Below are positions 1 through 14,499 of a stretch of 64,000 nt of DNA, piece after piece. Source of the DNA: the human T2T-CHM13v2.0 reference genome, Homo sapiens; assembly GCF_009914755.1 (NCBI RefSeq), contig NC_060946.1; one strand, 5' to 3'. The stretch's first letter is position 1, and the number at the start of each line of letters is the position of its first letter. A program made the position numbers and the translations under genes. The notes under the pieces were generated by a model. That model saw only the letters and a list, made by a program, of their open reading frames with translations, had not been told where the DNA came from and ran no database searches.

Positions 1-794
1 TTCCTCTGCAGTGTCTGGCACATAGCTAGGTAGTCAACAATTATGTTTAAAATGAGCAAACAATAAGAATAGAAGAAAGAGAAACTTCCAGCTAAATGGG
101 TGGATAACTTTGCCCATTGACAGCTTTTTTTAACATTGGGAAGAGTATCTTTGAGAGGCCAGCATAGAGGGATCACTGGAGGTGTTCACACAAAGGCTAA
201 CCCCAGAATAGCTTAGGTGGGATTCTTGATTTGGGGAAGTTGGTGAAATGAGCCCTAAAGATCCCTTCTAGCTCAAGGAGTTTATGATCCCATAACTGAA
301 TGTGTGAGTGAACGAATGAATGAATTTGCCGATGTCAGACTTTCATGCTTGCACTCTCCCCCACAGCAATTGAGACATGATGTTCTGCATAACTCAGTCT
401 TTTATCTGAAAAACACTGACGTGAAGTAAGTGGAAAGAAGATCTTATTTCCTCTATTTTCCAGATGAGGAAACAGAATTATTGAAGTAAAAATAATTTGC
501 CTGAAGCAGCAGTTGGGCACACACCAGAGCCAGCCTTTGGGATCCTGGGCTGGTTCAGTCTTTGCTTTGAAAGCCCCAGACAGCTCAACATGCGCCCCCC
601 CACCGCCCCCCACATCTGCTTTCCTTCTTTGAGGCAGAGAGAGAAAGCTGGAAGAAATTGTATAGAAACCTCAGCTTCTCCCTGTTCTGTGCCTTCAGCC
701 AAACAACCATTTGGGTTTTACCTCTTGAGAATTTATCAGACTGGTTGTGTCCTCTCCGTAAACATCGCCACTGCCTTAATGTTCTGCTATATAA

Positions 795-1015
795 AAGAAG
801 CTTCTGGAATTAGGCAAACTAGATTCATTTCCCAGCCCCAGTTCCCTGGATATGTTACTTTACTTGTCTCAGTCTCAGAGTGAGACCCATAATCAGAGCC
901 TATCCCATAGGGTTGTGATAAGAACAAAATGAAGTTATGTAGAAACGAGTGAATAGAGGGAGCTTAGAACAATTCCTGGCACACAGGACAGATTCAATAT
1001 GTGTTAAATATTGTA
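795..1015 (+). mobile_element. MIR SINE remnant
   Basis: MIR-like tracts 'cccatagggttgtgataagaacaaaatga' and 'gcttagaacaattcctggcacac'; boundaries approximate. Confidence 0.65.
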
Positions 1016-3441
1016 TATTTACTGGAGAGGGAGAAGGGTGCTTTTTTATAACCACATACTTTAGCAAGTTGCATAACCACTCTACGACTCAGTTTCTGTA
1101 CCTATAAAAAAGAGATAATGGTAATAGTAGCAACTACATCCCAAATATTTTTGTGAGGAATAAACATGCTAATGTATAAGTAGAACACAAAGAAATTGCC
1201 TTGCAAATTTCAAATAGTATTGATATTGTTATTTTTCCTGAGTGACAACTATGGGGACATGTCCTCTTGCATGTCTACATGGTATACATTCTACTCTTCA
1301 GAGTTATCTCTTCAATCAAATCATCCCATATAGACCACAACATCTATCTTTGTTCAGCACAATTTTTTATTCATGTTTTTATTCCCTCCAAAATCATGCC
1401 CATTTTCTTGCAAGAATTTTCCACACTCTAATTTTGCCCTTACCAGACACAATGGTGTTTATCATGTCTGTGAAACACCTCAAACATGTCTGGAGACAAA
1501 CAACTCAGTGGTAGTCGAACCTAGGATGACTCCCAAGAGGCAGACTGAGGTGCTGACCTTGGTCCTGAAATAAGATTTGGTCATATCTGGGAAAGGCAGA
1601 AGTTGGTAAGTAGAGGGCTTCCTAAGTGGCCCTCATGCTGCATATTGTGATGTCTTTGGGGGCTGCTTGCTAAAAGATCCCACCTACTCCATCATTTTAC
1701 TACTTGTGTCTACCTCAGTCTCTGTAATACGTGCTCACTAAAAGTTGATTAATTTACACTCATAGATTAAAGCTTCTTCATTTAATAGATCTGGACAGAA
1801 ACTTTCACATAAGAAGGATAAGCAGCACATTCCAGATGATGCATTAAATCTGTTCAGTCCCTTTCCATTCTTCAAGGGTTACTTCAAACACTAACTCTTC
1901 CATGAAGTCTTCCTAGATTTACCCCCAAAATGAAATAAATCTATTTTCCCCCGAACTCCCTGAACTCCTTTCATGAAATAAATGGAAGCACTAAAATAAG
2001 TCCATATGACCATTATATCATTACTATTAGACTCACTACTATTACTATGACTATTGGACACATTACTATTATCATTACTATTGTCCTGAAAGTAGGGTCC
2101 ATGTCTGATACTTAGGAAATACTAGAACAAACTTTTTATTTTATATGAATAAAGAGATGAGAAATGGCAAAGTGAGGACCAGAGTCTGGGATTCTATCTT
2201 TTTCTAGGACACCACACCTTCTTCCACCAAAACAAATCTTCCCAACCTCCTACCTTTAGGACCCCAGGCTGGGTGGAATTGCTTCCTAAAGATATGCATC
2301 TAAGAAAGATATCTGCGCCAATGTGCTCTATAGCTAATGCGTTTCTCTGAACAGGTGATGATAGTGAGCAGTTCTCTGGCAACTGAGGGTGTAGAAAATT
2401 TGGGGGATGGAAAGGAAAGAGAGTACTGGCCCTGTAATTCACTGAGCCTTTCCCATGGCTCAGCTTTAAAGGAAGATGAATTGAGATGTCTGTTAAGGAC
2501 TTCAGAGAATGGGGAGGCATAGCTATAATGGGATAAATTGGCAGGTCCCTGCAAGAAAATATGCCCATCATAATGACTTTGGTGAGCTCTCCGCTAGGAA
2601 GATCCTGAATGGAAATACACTAAAGATAAGGAAATGGGCATCCTCCTAGGTGTTCTTTATATAATCCTAGAACAGCTTCTCTCTCTATCCATCAGCCCGC
2701 TACTCTCTACATTCCTCCCTCCCCCTTATCCGTCTTTCCCTCCACAGCTCCTTAAAGACAAGATCAAGTCTAGGTCCTTCAGGAACACTTCCTGATTTCA
2801 AGCTCGTCCTGAACTTTCCATGGCCCATCCTGCAGCCCTTCAGCTTCCAGTGGGTATCACTTGACCCTCATCTGCAGACACAGTTGTCCCTGCCCAGGTA
2901 CAGGCCATAGTTAATCCAGTTCCTAGGAAGGAGGAGAGATGTGATTTCAAGAATCTCTAGTTTAATTACAACCTAAAGATGTCCCTGCTCCCTTCCTGCT
3001 AACTTTGAGTCCCATCCCAGTTGTAGAAACGAGGCCTCTGCCTGTTTCCTGGGTCCCAGACCTCCCCCTTGTGCCTCTTACCCAAGGCTTGAGCCTTTCC
3101 TGGGTAACCTGCCCTGCGCCAGCTTCTCTAAGGCATCTTGCTTTGTAGCCTACCATTGAACTTAAGCCACCATCCCCATCCCTACCATGGCTTGAAACTT
3201 GTCAGTAGGCTTCCAAATTACTAAATTACTACATGGGAAGCTCAAAGTCCAGCCAGAATTGACCCCTGCTTACCACCACATCTCACACCCCACCCTTCAA
3301 TGACCAGCTCCTCTGATCTCCTTTTAGCTCCTGGAGAGCACCTCCCACCACAGGACCTTTGCACATCATGGTCCCTTTGATAGAGCCTTACCAGGAAAAC
3401 ACCTACAAATCTTTTCCAACTCTGAAGCACCAGTTTCTAGG

Positions 3442-3812
3442 TAATATGGTTTGGCCCTGTGGCCCCACCCAAATCTCATCTCAAATTGTAATCCCCACAT
3501 GTCAGGAGAGGGGCCTGGTGGGAGGTGATTGGATCATGGGGGCAGTTTCTCCTATGCTGTTCTAGAGATAGTGAGTGAGTTCTCACGAGATCTGGTTTCT
3601 TTGGTGAGTGTGTGGCTCTTCCCCCTTTGCTCTCTGTCTCTCCTGCCACCTTGTGAAGAAGGTGCTTTTTTATCCTTCACCTTCCACCATGATGGTAAGT
3701 TTCTTGAGGTGTCCCCAGCCATGTGGAACTATGAGTCAATTAAACTTCTTTTCTTTATAAATTACCCAGTCTCCAGTAGTTCTTTATAGCAGTGTGAGAA
3801 TGGACGAATACA
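3442..3812 (+). mobile_element. THE1D-like solo LTR (ERVL-MaLR)
   Basis: Starts 'taatatggtttggccctgtggccccacccaaatctcatctc' and ends 'cagtgtgagaatggacgaataca'; perfect 5-bp TSD CTAGG at 3437-3441 and 3813-3817. Confidence 0.92.
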
Positions 3813-4724
3813 CTAGGGTACAGCTGGATGGAAGCATGGTGCGCTCATGGAATTGTGTCCCTTTTTATGTCACTTATCTCAATTTACAATGCTAAATTCA
3901 TTTGTATAATCATTCAATTAATAATAATTGAGTCATTATTTGATTCTTGCCCCTCCCAACCGACTGCCAGTTCCAGAGAGCAGAAACAATGTCAGTTTCA
4001 CTCACCATTACATCCTCAGGGCAGTACAGTGCCTAACCCACATCAGACACTCAAAAAATAGCTGAGGAACGAATGGGTAAATGAATAAGTGATGGAGCAA
4101 ACTGCACGACAGAACTCTCCTGTAGCTGGAGCCCGTCCATCCTGAGTATGCATGTGTCCCCACCCTAGAATGCCCTTTGCCATTCTTAACCATGGTCAGC
4201 TCCTTTTCTTGTGACAGCAGGGAGGCTGTTGGCACTGAACAGGTGTACCCTTCACTCCCTTCACTTCAGGCTCTGTTGGCCTAGTTGTTTGGGTCCTTGC
4301 CCCTCCTTCCTGTCTTATCTCCCTACCCAGTGAGCTCTCAGCTCCACACGGAACCCTCTCATGTCACTTTTGCAACTTTAATTTCCCTGACTCCCCTACC
4401 TTTTCTATGCCTATCAATCTGGCTCTAAAGTAAAGAAGTTGCAGAGAAGCAACTTTGCCCTTAGTAAGAATCCCATCTAGGACAATTACTGTGTGACTCT
4501 GGTAAACTTAGTTAACCTGTCTGAGCCTTAGGAGTCTCATCTGTGAAGTCAAAATATCAATACCTCCTTCATGTGGTTTTCTGGGAATACATGCCATAAC
4601 AGATGTCAAATACCAAGTAAAGGGCTGCATTCAAATAGGTTCTAAATAAAGGTTGATTCTCTCTTTCCTTGTGTTACTTCTCTGATCCTTAATCTCCTCA
4701 TCTGGAGGCTAATATTGACTACTT

Positions 4725-4960
4725 TAGGAAAGGGTTCTGAAATCAGAGAGATGTGGGTCAAATTCTGGCTCCACTACCTTCTAGCTATATGACCTTAGGC
4801 AAACTAACTCACTCTTTTTCTCAGTTTCTTTGTCTGCAAAATCAGGCCCATAACAGAACCAGCCTCCCAGGATTGTTGAGAGAATAAATGAGATAACACA
4901 TTTCATTTAGGCACATAAATACTTGGCACATAAATACTTAATAAATATTGGCCATTATTG
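4725..4960 (+). mobile_element. MIR SINE
   Basis: 'tctggctccactaccttctagctatatgaccttaggcaa...ctcagtttctttgtctgcaaaat...ggattgttgagagaataaatgagataa' follows the MIR core. Confidence 0.75.
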
Positions 4961-6184
4961 ATTTTGCCCTTATTATTGTCAAGGAGCCCATCGGGCCTGA
5001 GCTTGCATATACAAAGCAGATGGTAAACGCTGGCTACGTGTCTACTGACACACTGCTTGCTTAGCAGAAGCTAGCTCAGCTGCATGAGCCTAAAGATTTA
5101 TTTTCAGGGGTCAGCTTTCTATATAAATCCATTCCTCTTTCTCCATTTTCTAAACTTGTCATTCTGTCTTCTCCACCTTCCAGGTATACATTGATACTGG
5201 GGAGAAAGGACATAAAATATTTGACCTTTTATAAGCATTTGGCCTTACTTTCTTTTACATTGAAACATGCCCCCAAGCCCCCAGCTGTCCATAATTCTCA
5301 AGGGGCTCAAGGAACAGGGGGTGGGGAGAGCAGGCCCCTGAGGCTTGGTTGCCATCACACGTGCAGCCATTGAGCCCTCCACCTCTGTTTTCGGATAGGG
5401 TGTTTTGCAGAGTGCCATCCTGTTGACTTTCGACGAGCCTGATTCCAGCCATAGAAGGTAAGGAGGCAAACTGCGCTTCCCATCCCACCTCACAGTCATT
5501 TTAGTCAAGCTCCTGGCTTACTAGGGATTTACGAAGCTTTCTCCCTGTCTATCACATCTAAAAGGCTCTATGAAGAGAAGAGAAAGCTTTTAGTTGCAAT
5601 GTATTCTGGTTGTTTTTGTTTTGTTCCCCTCCCATCTGATCTAATGGGATTTAGAAGGGAGTTATTGCTTGGCAAAGCAGAGAATTGAAAGCATGGAATG
5701 TCCCCTGCTAGAAGAGTCCATAGAGATTCGATTGTTGCTTATTGTGCAGAAACCCAGAGAGGGACAGTTGTTGCTCAGTAACACACAGCACATTGGTGAC
5801 AGAGCTGTATCTGGAGTCAAGCCTGGTATTCTTGACCGCAGAGCCATTGCTGGCAGTGAGACTGTGAAACCTCTGACATCAGTAAGTAGTACTTTGCATG
5901 TATGAGCCCATGTGCATTTGCAGGGCAGAGGCTGACATAATTTTCATCAGATAATTGTGAAGAAGTCCATAACTCAAACCAGGTTAAAAGCTACAAGCAT
6001 CTTACCTATCCTTAATGTGACAGTTTACAAAATGTAACTGAAACAAAAAAACCAATTACTTCCCCATAAGAAACAATCAGAGGAAAACTCCAAGAAGCCG
6101 ATGGCGGGTGTGAAAATGTATCATGTAGACTATCAACACCCTAAAAATGGAACAAAGGAAAAGTGCCCTGTGGTCACTACAAAT

Positions 6185-6365
6185 AATGACTCACACTGAC
6201 ACAGCTTCTCTGTGCTGGGCACCACTTTAAGTCCTTATGTATATTAACTAAGTTAATCAGATACAACCTATTTTTACCCCCCACTTCTTTACAGATGAGA
6301 AAACTGAAGAAACAGGTTATTGGCCTAAGATGGCCAGTAAAGGGCAGAACCTATATTGGAACTAC
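6185..6365 (-). mobile_element. MIR SINE remnant
   Basis: 'tttacagatgagaaaactgaag' is the antisense MIR core. Confidence 0.65.
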
Positions 6366-6529
6366 CCTGTGAAACTCCCACCCTATCTAGACATATGGCA
6401 TTCCATATGGGGCACAGGGATCCAGGGAGACATATCATGAGGTCCCTAACTCTGGGAGTTCACAGTCTACCGGAGGAGGCAGGTACAAAACACTGAGAAT
6501 ACTAATAACAGTATAAATAAAAAGATGCA

Positions 6530-6863
<334 letters not shown>

Positions 6864-8164
6864 AGATGCAGTGGTAGGCAGGGTGGAAGGGAAAGCTAAA
6901 CGAGCAGAATCGCTTGCACAGGTGGCAGGGAGGCATGAGCCTAGACCTGTTATGCAGGACAACTTGGCCACACTCTGCAGATTCAGTGTTAGCAGCCACA
7001 TGAGCCCTAATTTCAGAAGGAGACCATATCCAGCCAATCAATGAAGCAGGCCAGGTAGCAAGGCCAGCCAGTGGCTGAACACCTGAGAGCTGTCAGTTCT
7101 AGTCTCATTTCAGAACACCTGTCTCTGCAGGCAGCAAGCTCCAGGAGCAGCCCAAAGACTGGCAGTGGGAGCTCCCAGGTTCCAACCAACTGGGCTGGGA
7201 TTTTGCTAGGAATGAGGAGGAAGTAAGGGAAGGCAGTTTGCCAGACTTAGCATGAGGCAAGAAAACCATACCATTCAGAACCTGCCTCTACTTCCTGTGG
7301 GACTTTGGCAATAACTTACACCCACTTCAGTTTTCTCATCTGGGAAACTGGATACTTTTATTGCCTCTGCCATAAGATTATTGTTTGTTTTAAATGAAAC
7401 GGTGTATGAAGAGCATTTTCTACAGTGTCGGACACAAAGTGAGCACATTTCATTCATTTAACTGCAATCTGTTGAGTACCTGCTGTACACCAAGTACTGG
7501 ACTAAATGCTGCAAAATGCACAAGTTTGCACACCAGTTTGTTTTCTGGACAAATGGAAATAACAGTTGTTCTTCTTATGGAGGAGTATTATTAGCAGTGG
7601 GTGTAGCGTGACTCATCTTTATTATAAATGATTAAGAAGGTCTCCATGCCCTTTGTTCCCTCCACTCAGCCTCCAAAAGTGCCTACTTTCCATTGCATGT
7701 TACTGTCTTCCTTCATCTGGCAGTTGGGAAGGGCTCTTTTATTCATTGCTATTCATTTTTACTCACTCTACCATCCCACTGAGCCTGACCCAAGTGTATG
7801 CTTTGGCCTGAATTAGATCAAGCTTGGACAGAGACCCATACCCTTGAACAGAGTGACTCTGGTGGGAGATCAGAGAGTAGAGTAGGGGGCTGCAGGAGTG
7901 GCTGGAGGAGAGGCTGCTGCCTTCCAAGCGCCCAGAATTCACCTCTGCACTGCTGGATCCCAACCCGAGTGGAGCACATGGAGGCTCCAGGGGTAGCAGG
8001 AGACCCCAACAGTCATACTGAGCTCCAGCCCAAATCTGAGAACAGTGCTGCACCCTGAGTCCCTGCAGACACGAGGAAGAGAAGTGACTACCACACATTT
8101 GCTGGGATTTGTCAGTAGTAGGTCGGCTGCAGGTTACTGTGGAAGGCATTTGTGGCCACAATAG

Positions 8165-9507
8165 AGGATGGGATGGATCCATGCTTTATAGGATATGACA
8201 CATATACAATTTGGACCCTATTTAAGAAAGAAAATACAAAATTAGGTTTAAAATGATATTTTAAAATGTGAAAAAAGTTAAATAAAACACACCACAATAT
8301 CAGAAAACTAACACCATATTTTTATTAATGAAACACTTCTACAATACATTTTTTGTCTTAAACTTTTGGCAGCATAATCTTTGATAAGTTCTCCACATGA
8401 CAAGAATTTTGCACTATTATCCTATAGAAAGAACAGAAAGATAATTAAAAGAATAGAAAGAATAATTAGATAATAACAGCCTCCCTGCTGTCAAAAGAGA
8501 AGGAGATGACCAGGTTTAATTAAACAAGATAATTAAGTAATTAATTATCTTGTTTCTCTCTAATTGATCAAAACAATTTTATTAATGGTTTATAGAGAGA
8601 GAAGACATTTCTTTTAGCTTCACAATCAACATTGGTAATGCCATATAAATGTTTAGGATTATAGTCAAAATTTGTTAAATCTTCTTTCACATGCACTTCA
8701 CGAATGAGCTGTGACAGATGCCCTTACTGTTTGTGGTAATAGCTACAAGTTTGTGCCTTAAAAGCAGGAATTACGATAAACTCTCTTTCCCACAATTCGC
8801 TTCTCAAAAGACACCGCCTGCCTCCCCCCAAAAATAGAATGCAATTGCTTATAATTGTACATACCGCATTATCAAGTATATTTCTGACAAAGGAACTTCA
8901 GGCTGACAAGGTGTTGATGGGAGATGAATCAATCCTTCACCAACAAATGTACACCCTCTAATGATGGGAGGAATGCCCCATGACCTACTTTCAGACTCTG
9001 TAGATTTCAAACCTTGTTTTTCTCCCACTACCCATACACCTCCAATGCCAGGTACTGTAGGACATTTTCATATCATAGTAGACCCCAGGCCCATCTTCAG
9101 ATCACAATGCAAAGAGAATTGGCACAGCAGGTAATCAGTTGCCCACTGGAAACCAACCTATATTGAGATTACCAACAATAGCATGATTACTAGCACAAAC
9201 AGAAGCGGTTGCAGCCATATAAATACATCTCACTAATCCCAAACAGAGGGTTCTCTATCTTGATATCCCCTTTGCTAGATACCAAAGATGGTCAGAGTCA
9301 CTGCAAACCAACAGCCATCCAGCATGAAGGGACATTTGTCTGAACTTATTGTGGTGAAGACATCTTAGCTTTGCCAGTTTAACAACATGATATCCTCACG
9401 TGGACATATTGCTAGGGCTTACCCTATCCCTCAAAAGGACATTGTGCAAGTGGGACTCCTGTATCTTAAGCTTCATCTGTTGCCTTCAAGGTCATAACCT
9501 ACCTCTG
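8165..9507 (-). mobile_element. Arthur1/MER69B-like hAT-Tip100 DNA transposon (internal-deletion derivative)
   Basis: Left end 'ggatccatgctttat...atacaatttggaccctatttaagaaagaaaatacaaaattagg' and right end 'gtgcaagtgggactcctgtatcttaagcttcat...cctacctctg' resemble the two MER69 termini as recalled. Confidence 0.7.
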
Positions 9508-9898
9508 GTCATGAGCCCAGGGGAAGAGAGAGGCTTGGGCTGGTGCCAGTGAGCTGTGATTTCATAGCTTGGTTGCCTAGCAAGGGCTGCCCAGGTCAGT
9601 CTGTGCCTTTTGTCTGCTGTGCCCCTGCTGGAGGCAATCTGTCCTCGTCTCTCTGGGAGAAGCAGGTAACTCTGAAACTCTTTTTAAATAAAATAAAATT
9701 TTAAAAGACAAGAAAAGTACTAAGAAGACAAATCACTCTGTTCAAGAAAGTAGCATCCAAATTTGAAACACCATGTCCATTTCTCTGAGAAATAATACAC
9801 TAACGTGGGCAACTGACCTCTCCCCAGCCTACTATGTGTAAGGCTAATTGGCCCAGTGGCCAATTTGCCATCAGCCTCCATAATTAAAGAATCACAGT

Positions 9899-10316
<418 letters not shown>

Positions 10317-11784
10317 TCATTCTTCAAAGTGGATTCTCAGTCCTGAGCACAAAACCTGGCTTCAGAGAGAAATGGAAGCAGACATTTGGTGGGGATTCCT
10401 CAAGCCCAATGACACAGACAGGTACCATCCCTAAGTGCCATGTTTTTAAAACTGTTGGTAAAAACATGAGTTCTCTATTAAAAACAGCAATCTGGCAAGG
10501 CAGGTAGAACCCCCCTTTCCAACCTCAGACATGAGTCAGGGCAGGAGCAGGACTGAGCAAGCCTGACTTAGCACCTTCAGAGATGATCAGCACTGAAAGG
10601 TTACAGTGATGATGCTTCCTGATCGTCCTGTATTTCCCACCTTAAAAAATCCACAGTCTCAAAATAAAAATACAGTAGTCCCACAAAGTTTTGACTTTTC
10701 TCCATGATAGTGACTTAGATGCATTTGTTGAAATATTGAAGTATGAAATTATTTGGAAAAACAATTTTTTTATTGCTCCCCCTGCTTTGTGGCTTCCCTA
10801 TGTGGAGTTTACCCCACATGTTGGATGCTGTATCTCCAGCAACAAAGCACCCGCCAGGAATCTTGGAGCTCACTCAAATCTATGCCTTTATCTCACAAAG
10901 GAGAATAAGGCCCAGAGAGAGATAATGACTTGGCCAAGATCACACCATAATCTGGCAGCTGGAACAGTACAAATAGTCAGATCTCCAAGTTCCTGATCCA
11001 GGGTTCTAACTGCAATTTTGTTTTTCCATCTGGCTTGCCAGAAAGTTAGCCAGAGTTCTTTTGAAAGACCGGGCCTCCCTCACAAGCTTCTAGAAGAGAC
11101 TTCTGGTCTTCTGACCAGCAGACAGCCCTTCAGCCTTCTGCTGTGAGCCTTAATGTCTTGCCCACCCCAAAGACACCTGGTTTACATATTTGCTCCCTGA
11201 GACTTGGCTTCCGGCTCTGGCAAAACTAAGAAGTACACGTTTACCTGCTCAAAGCCCAAATTGCCTGTCTGTATCATTAAACTTTCGGTAGGAGCCCTGG
11301 GCCAATGACCATTGCCCAGAAATGGTTGGGACTTGGGGAGAGTAGTAGCGGGCTGGGATCCAGGACAGCTACACAGTGAGGGGGAGTCTTCTGGGAGAGG
11401 CTGGGAAGCAGGTAAATGCTGGGCATCCTTCCCGATGCCACCTGGGTGCCATTGTCCTTAGAAAGCATCTCCAGCCCAACCTCTCTTGACTCATACATTC
11501 AGCCAAGAGACAAATTGCCTATTTGTTGCTTTTCTCTCCACTCTCAATGGTTCAGTGACAGCCATTAGACCCTCTGCTGGGGTCATTTCATGGCCAAATC
11601 CTCCCCATCATTCAGATATCCTTCAAATATTATTCAGATATGCTTCAAGCATCACTGTAACAGGATACTTCTGAAAGAGTGGCACCAGCCCTGCCCTACT
11701 TGGTCACTCTCTACCCCATTGCCTTAGTTTCATTTCTTCATGTCACTTCTCACTCTCTGAAATTTCTTGACCCTATGTGTGAAG

Positions 11785-12510
11785 AGGCGATGCAGTTCTG
11801 TTGTTAAGATCTTAGTATCTGGGGTCAGTGAGTCAGGCTCACTCCTCACTGGTTACCAACTCGTCTGAATCCAGTGAGATAAAACACCCACACAAGTTAC
11901 ATGAATCAGATGTATTTCTTACAGATAAGAAGCAAGGGACAACAGAAAGCTACAATTCAAGGTGAGCCAATCCTCAAGACCCAAAAAATATGCCCAGGGT
12001 GGATGGAGTTTTAACTGTATGTGGCCCAGTTACACTGTGCAGCTGAGGGACCCCAAAAGGCAGCCCACCCTTGATTATATATCCCAGGGTCACACGACTC
12101 ACTGAGATGAATGCATTGAAGTACATTCTGTTTCTAGGAGAGGACTGGAACAGAGCCTGAGTTGTTCCAGCCAGTCCCTCCCTATTTCTGGATATTGCAT
12201 TCCCAGCATATTCTATAGTTATTCTTTAGTACAAGAGAAAAGAGGAAGAAATTGGATCAGTCCAAGACCACCAGAGAACTGTCCTGCCCAGGCTATCTAG
12301 GTTTAAATCCTGCTTCCACTACTTGTTAACTAGGTAATCTCAAGAAAGTTATCTGACCTCAATCTCTATCTCAGCTTCCCATCTACAAACGGGGCGAAAA
12401 TAACAACACCTACCTCCCAAGCTGGGCCTGAAGATTAAGTTAACTCATCAGAAGCCTTTAGAACAGTGTCTGGCACATTGTTAAGAGCTCAGTAAATGTT
12501 AGACATTGTC
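11785..12510 (+). mobile_element. MIR split by an LTR47 insertion, lying within an L2 3' fragment (about 11690-12670)
   Basis: MIR 5' part '...ttgttaagatcttagtatctggggtcag' resumes at 12290 'ggctatctaggtttaaatcctgcttccactact...cagtgtctggcacattgttaagagctcagtaaatgttag'. Confidence 0.7.
11829..12288 (-). mobile_element. LTR47-like solo LTR (ERVL)
   Basis: Reverse complement begins 'gcaggacagttctctggtggtcttggactgatcc' and ends 'gagttggtaaccagtgagg', matching the recalled LTR47 consensus. Confidence 0.75.
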
Positions 12511-14499
12511 ATTGCTTGGTTTTTGTATTCTAAGTTGTCTCTTTCCACCCTCATGTAATTTCCCTGGAGACAGAGGATCCTGCCTGCCTTGCGCACCTCT
12601 GTCTCCAGCATCCACAAAAGGACCTGACATGTTGTTAGCACTCCACTGATGTTTATCAAATAAATGAAGGAATAGTCCTTCTAAGTCTTCCCTCTGCCTC
12701 CATATTCCTCCTCTGCATTCTATTCAAGAATGAACCCCTACCTTCTCCCTAGGTATAATTACTCGCCCCTTCCTCTGGTCCTTAAGACTTTAACCATAAT
12801 TTTTTATTCTCTTCTATTTTGTTTTTTGTATACACACTATGAGCTCCTTGTGGGCAGAGACCATGTGTTATTTACCTCTCTATCCCCCATGTTGACTGGC
12901 ACATGAAAATTTCCTATGTAGGGGGAAGGAGAAATATCCCAAATGTAGGTCTGATCATAGTACACTTCCATGAGATCAACCATGGCTCCTCATCACATGC
13001 ATGATGAAGATTCATATTCCCAAGAGTGTCCTGTGCATCCATGGAGTGGCCTCAAATACCATTGTCACTCTTCTTACCTTCTGTGCTCCTCTCCCACTGC
13101 ATGTACATAAACATCAGGTAGGCTGTGCTTCTCTCCTTTCTTTAAGCATTCTCAGTACTTCCCAGCTGTGTTCTTTTTGTCTTGTTTTATCTGGCCTAGG
13201 ATGTCTTTTAACCACCTCTTCCCTTAGAATCAATGCTGCCCTTCAAATCACTAATCTGATCCTACCTTCTTGATTACCTCCATGTTTAGAATTAATCTTC
13301 CCTATTGTCTATATTTCAAGTCATTCTTGACTTATAGTTTAACATCTGTCACAGTTCCACTTAAATTTTCTACACTTCACTGAAGGTTCTGAAGGCCAAG
13401 GACCACTTCTTCTATATCACAGGGTGCACAGAGTGCCTGGAACGATGCTTGATCAGAGGAGGCACCCAGGAGAGGCTTACACATCGAGCTAAAGTAATCA
13501 CAGTGTGTTTTGGGTGATATTTCTTATGATCCCCTCATCTTAGTCCAAATTGAATGTTCAGCTATTTCTAAATTCTCAGTGTCAATTCAGCAAGTATGCA
13601 ACGAGTATCAGTTTTTTGTGTCCTTCTTAAGGAGCCCATAACCTCACTGAGGATACCAGACAGACATGGGAAATTCTATAAGACAAAAGAAATCACCATG
13701 TTGAGAGGACAAATACATTAAACTCTTTCTATGTGCAAGGTTCTAAGATGTAAAAGGATCAGTCATGTCCCCATTCACCTAAACTATCCTATATATGCCT
13801 TTGAGAAACCAGTCAAAGCAGCCTTAGACATCACCTTACCCAACCCTTTCCTCCTTACCCCATTTTGTTGATGGAACAGTCGAGGCCTAGAGAAGATGGC
13901 ATGACTTGCCCAGTCTCAAAAAGTGAGTTCTGGCAAAGGCAAAATGGGAGCCAGATCCAGTATTCTTTCCGCTATTCCCTGCTCCCTTCCAAAACAATCA
14001 GGAAAGTTAGGGAAAAAAACTTCTAATCTTTGCAATAGAGTGAAATAGTAAATTAGTTAATCAATAGATAAAATACCACATTATGGGACGTGATGTTAAA
14101 CTGCGTGATAAGATACTACCTCCACCTACCGTACTAGAGGAGGTAGGATTTCATCTGGGTATTTCATTTATGGAAAGGGGTGAGAAGGCTTCCAAGGAGG
14201 CCTCAATATGAGAAAAATCAGGCATGATATGACTTTACCCAGGACACTGAGAAAGCACAGTACCTTAGAATTTGGGGGAACCTAATTCCTTATATATGCC
14301 ACCACTTTCACAGATCATTGGTGAAGAAAACAATTCCTTCTTCGACCTCATAGAATTAGCCAGTAGCTGATTTAGAACTAAAACCCAGGATTCTTAATCA
14401 CAGGCAGCATAAAGAAGTAGAGAATGCTCAACCTTTGGAATTCTAATTCCAGATCTGCATTTAAAAACTGACTCTGTCCATTACTATCTCTGTCAGCTG

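Noticed and set aside
590-613. C-rich run (minus-strand G-quadruplex or GC box) as a promoter
   Set aside because: Isolated 20-bp tract with no CpG island or other promoter context
2010-2085. ATTACT-rich degenerate repeat
   Set aside because: Short low-complexity slippage product with no further structure
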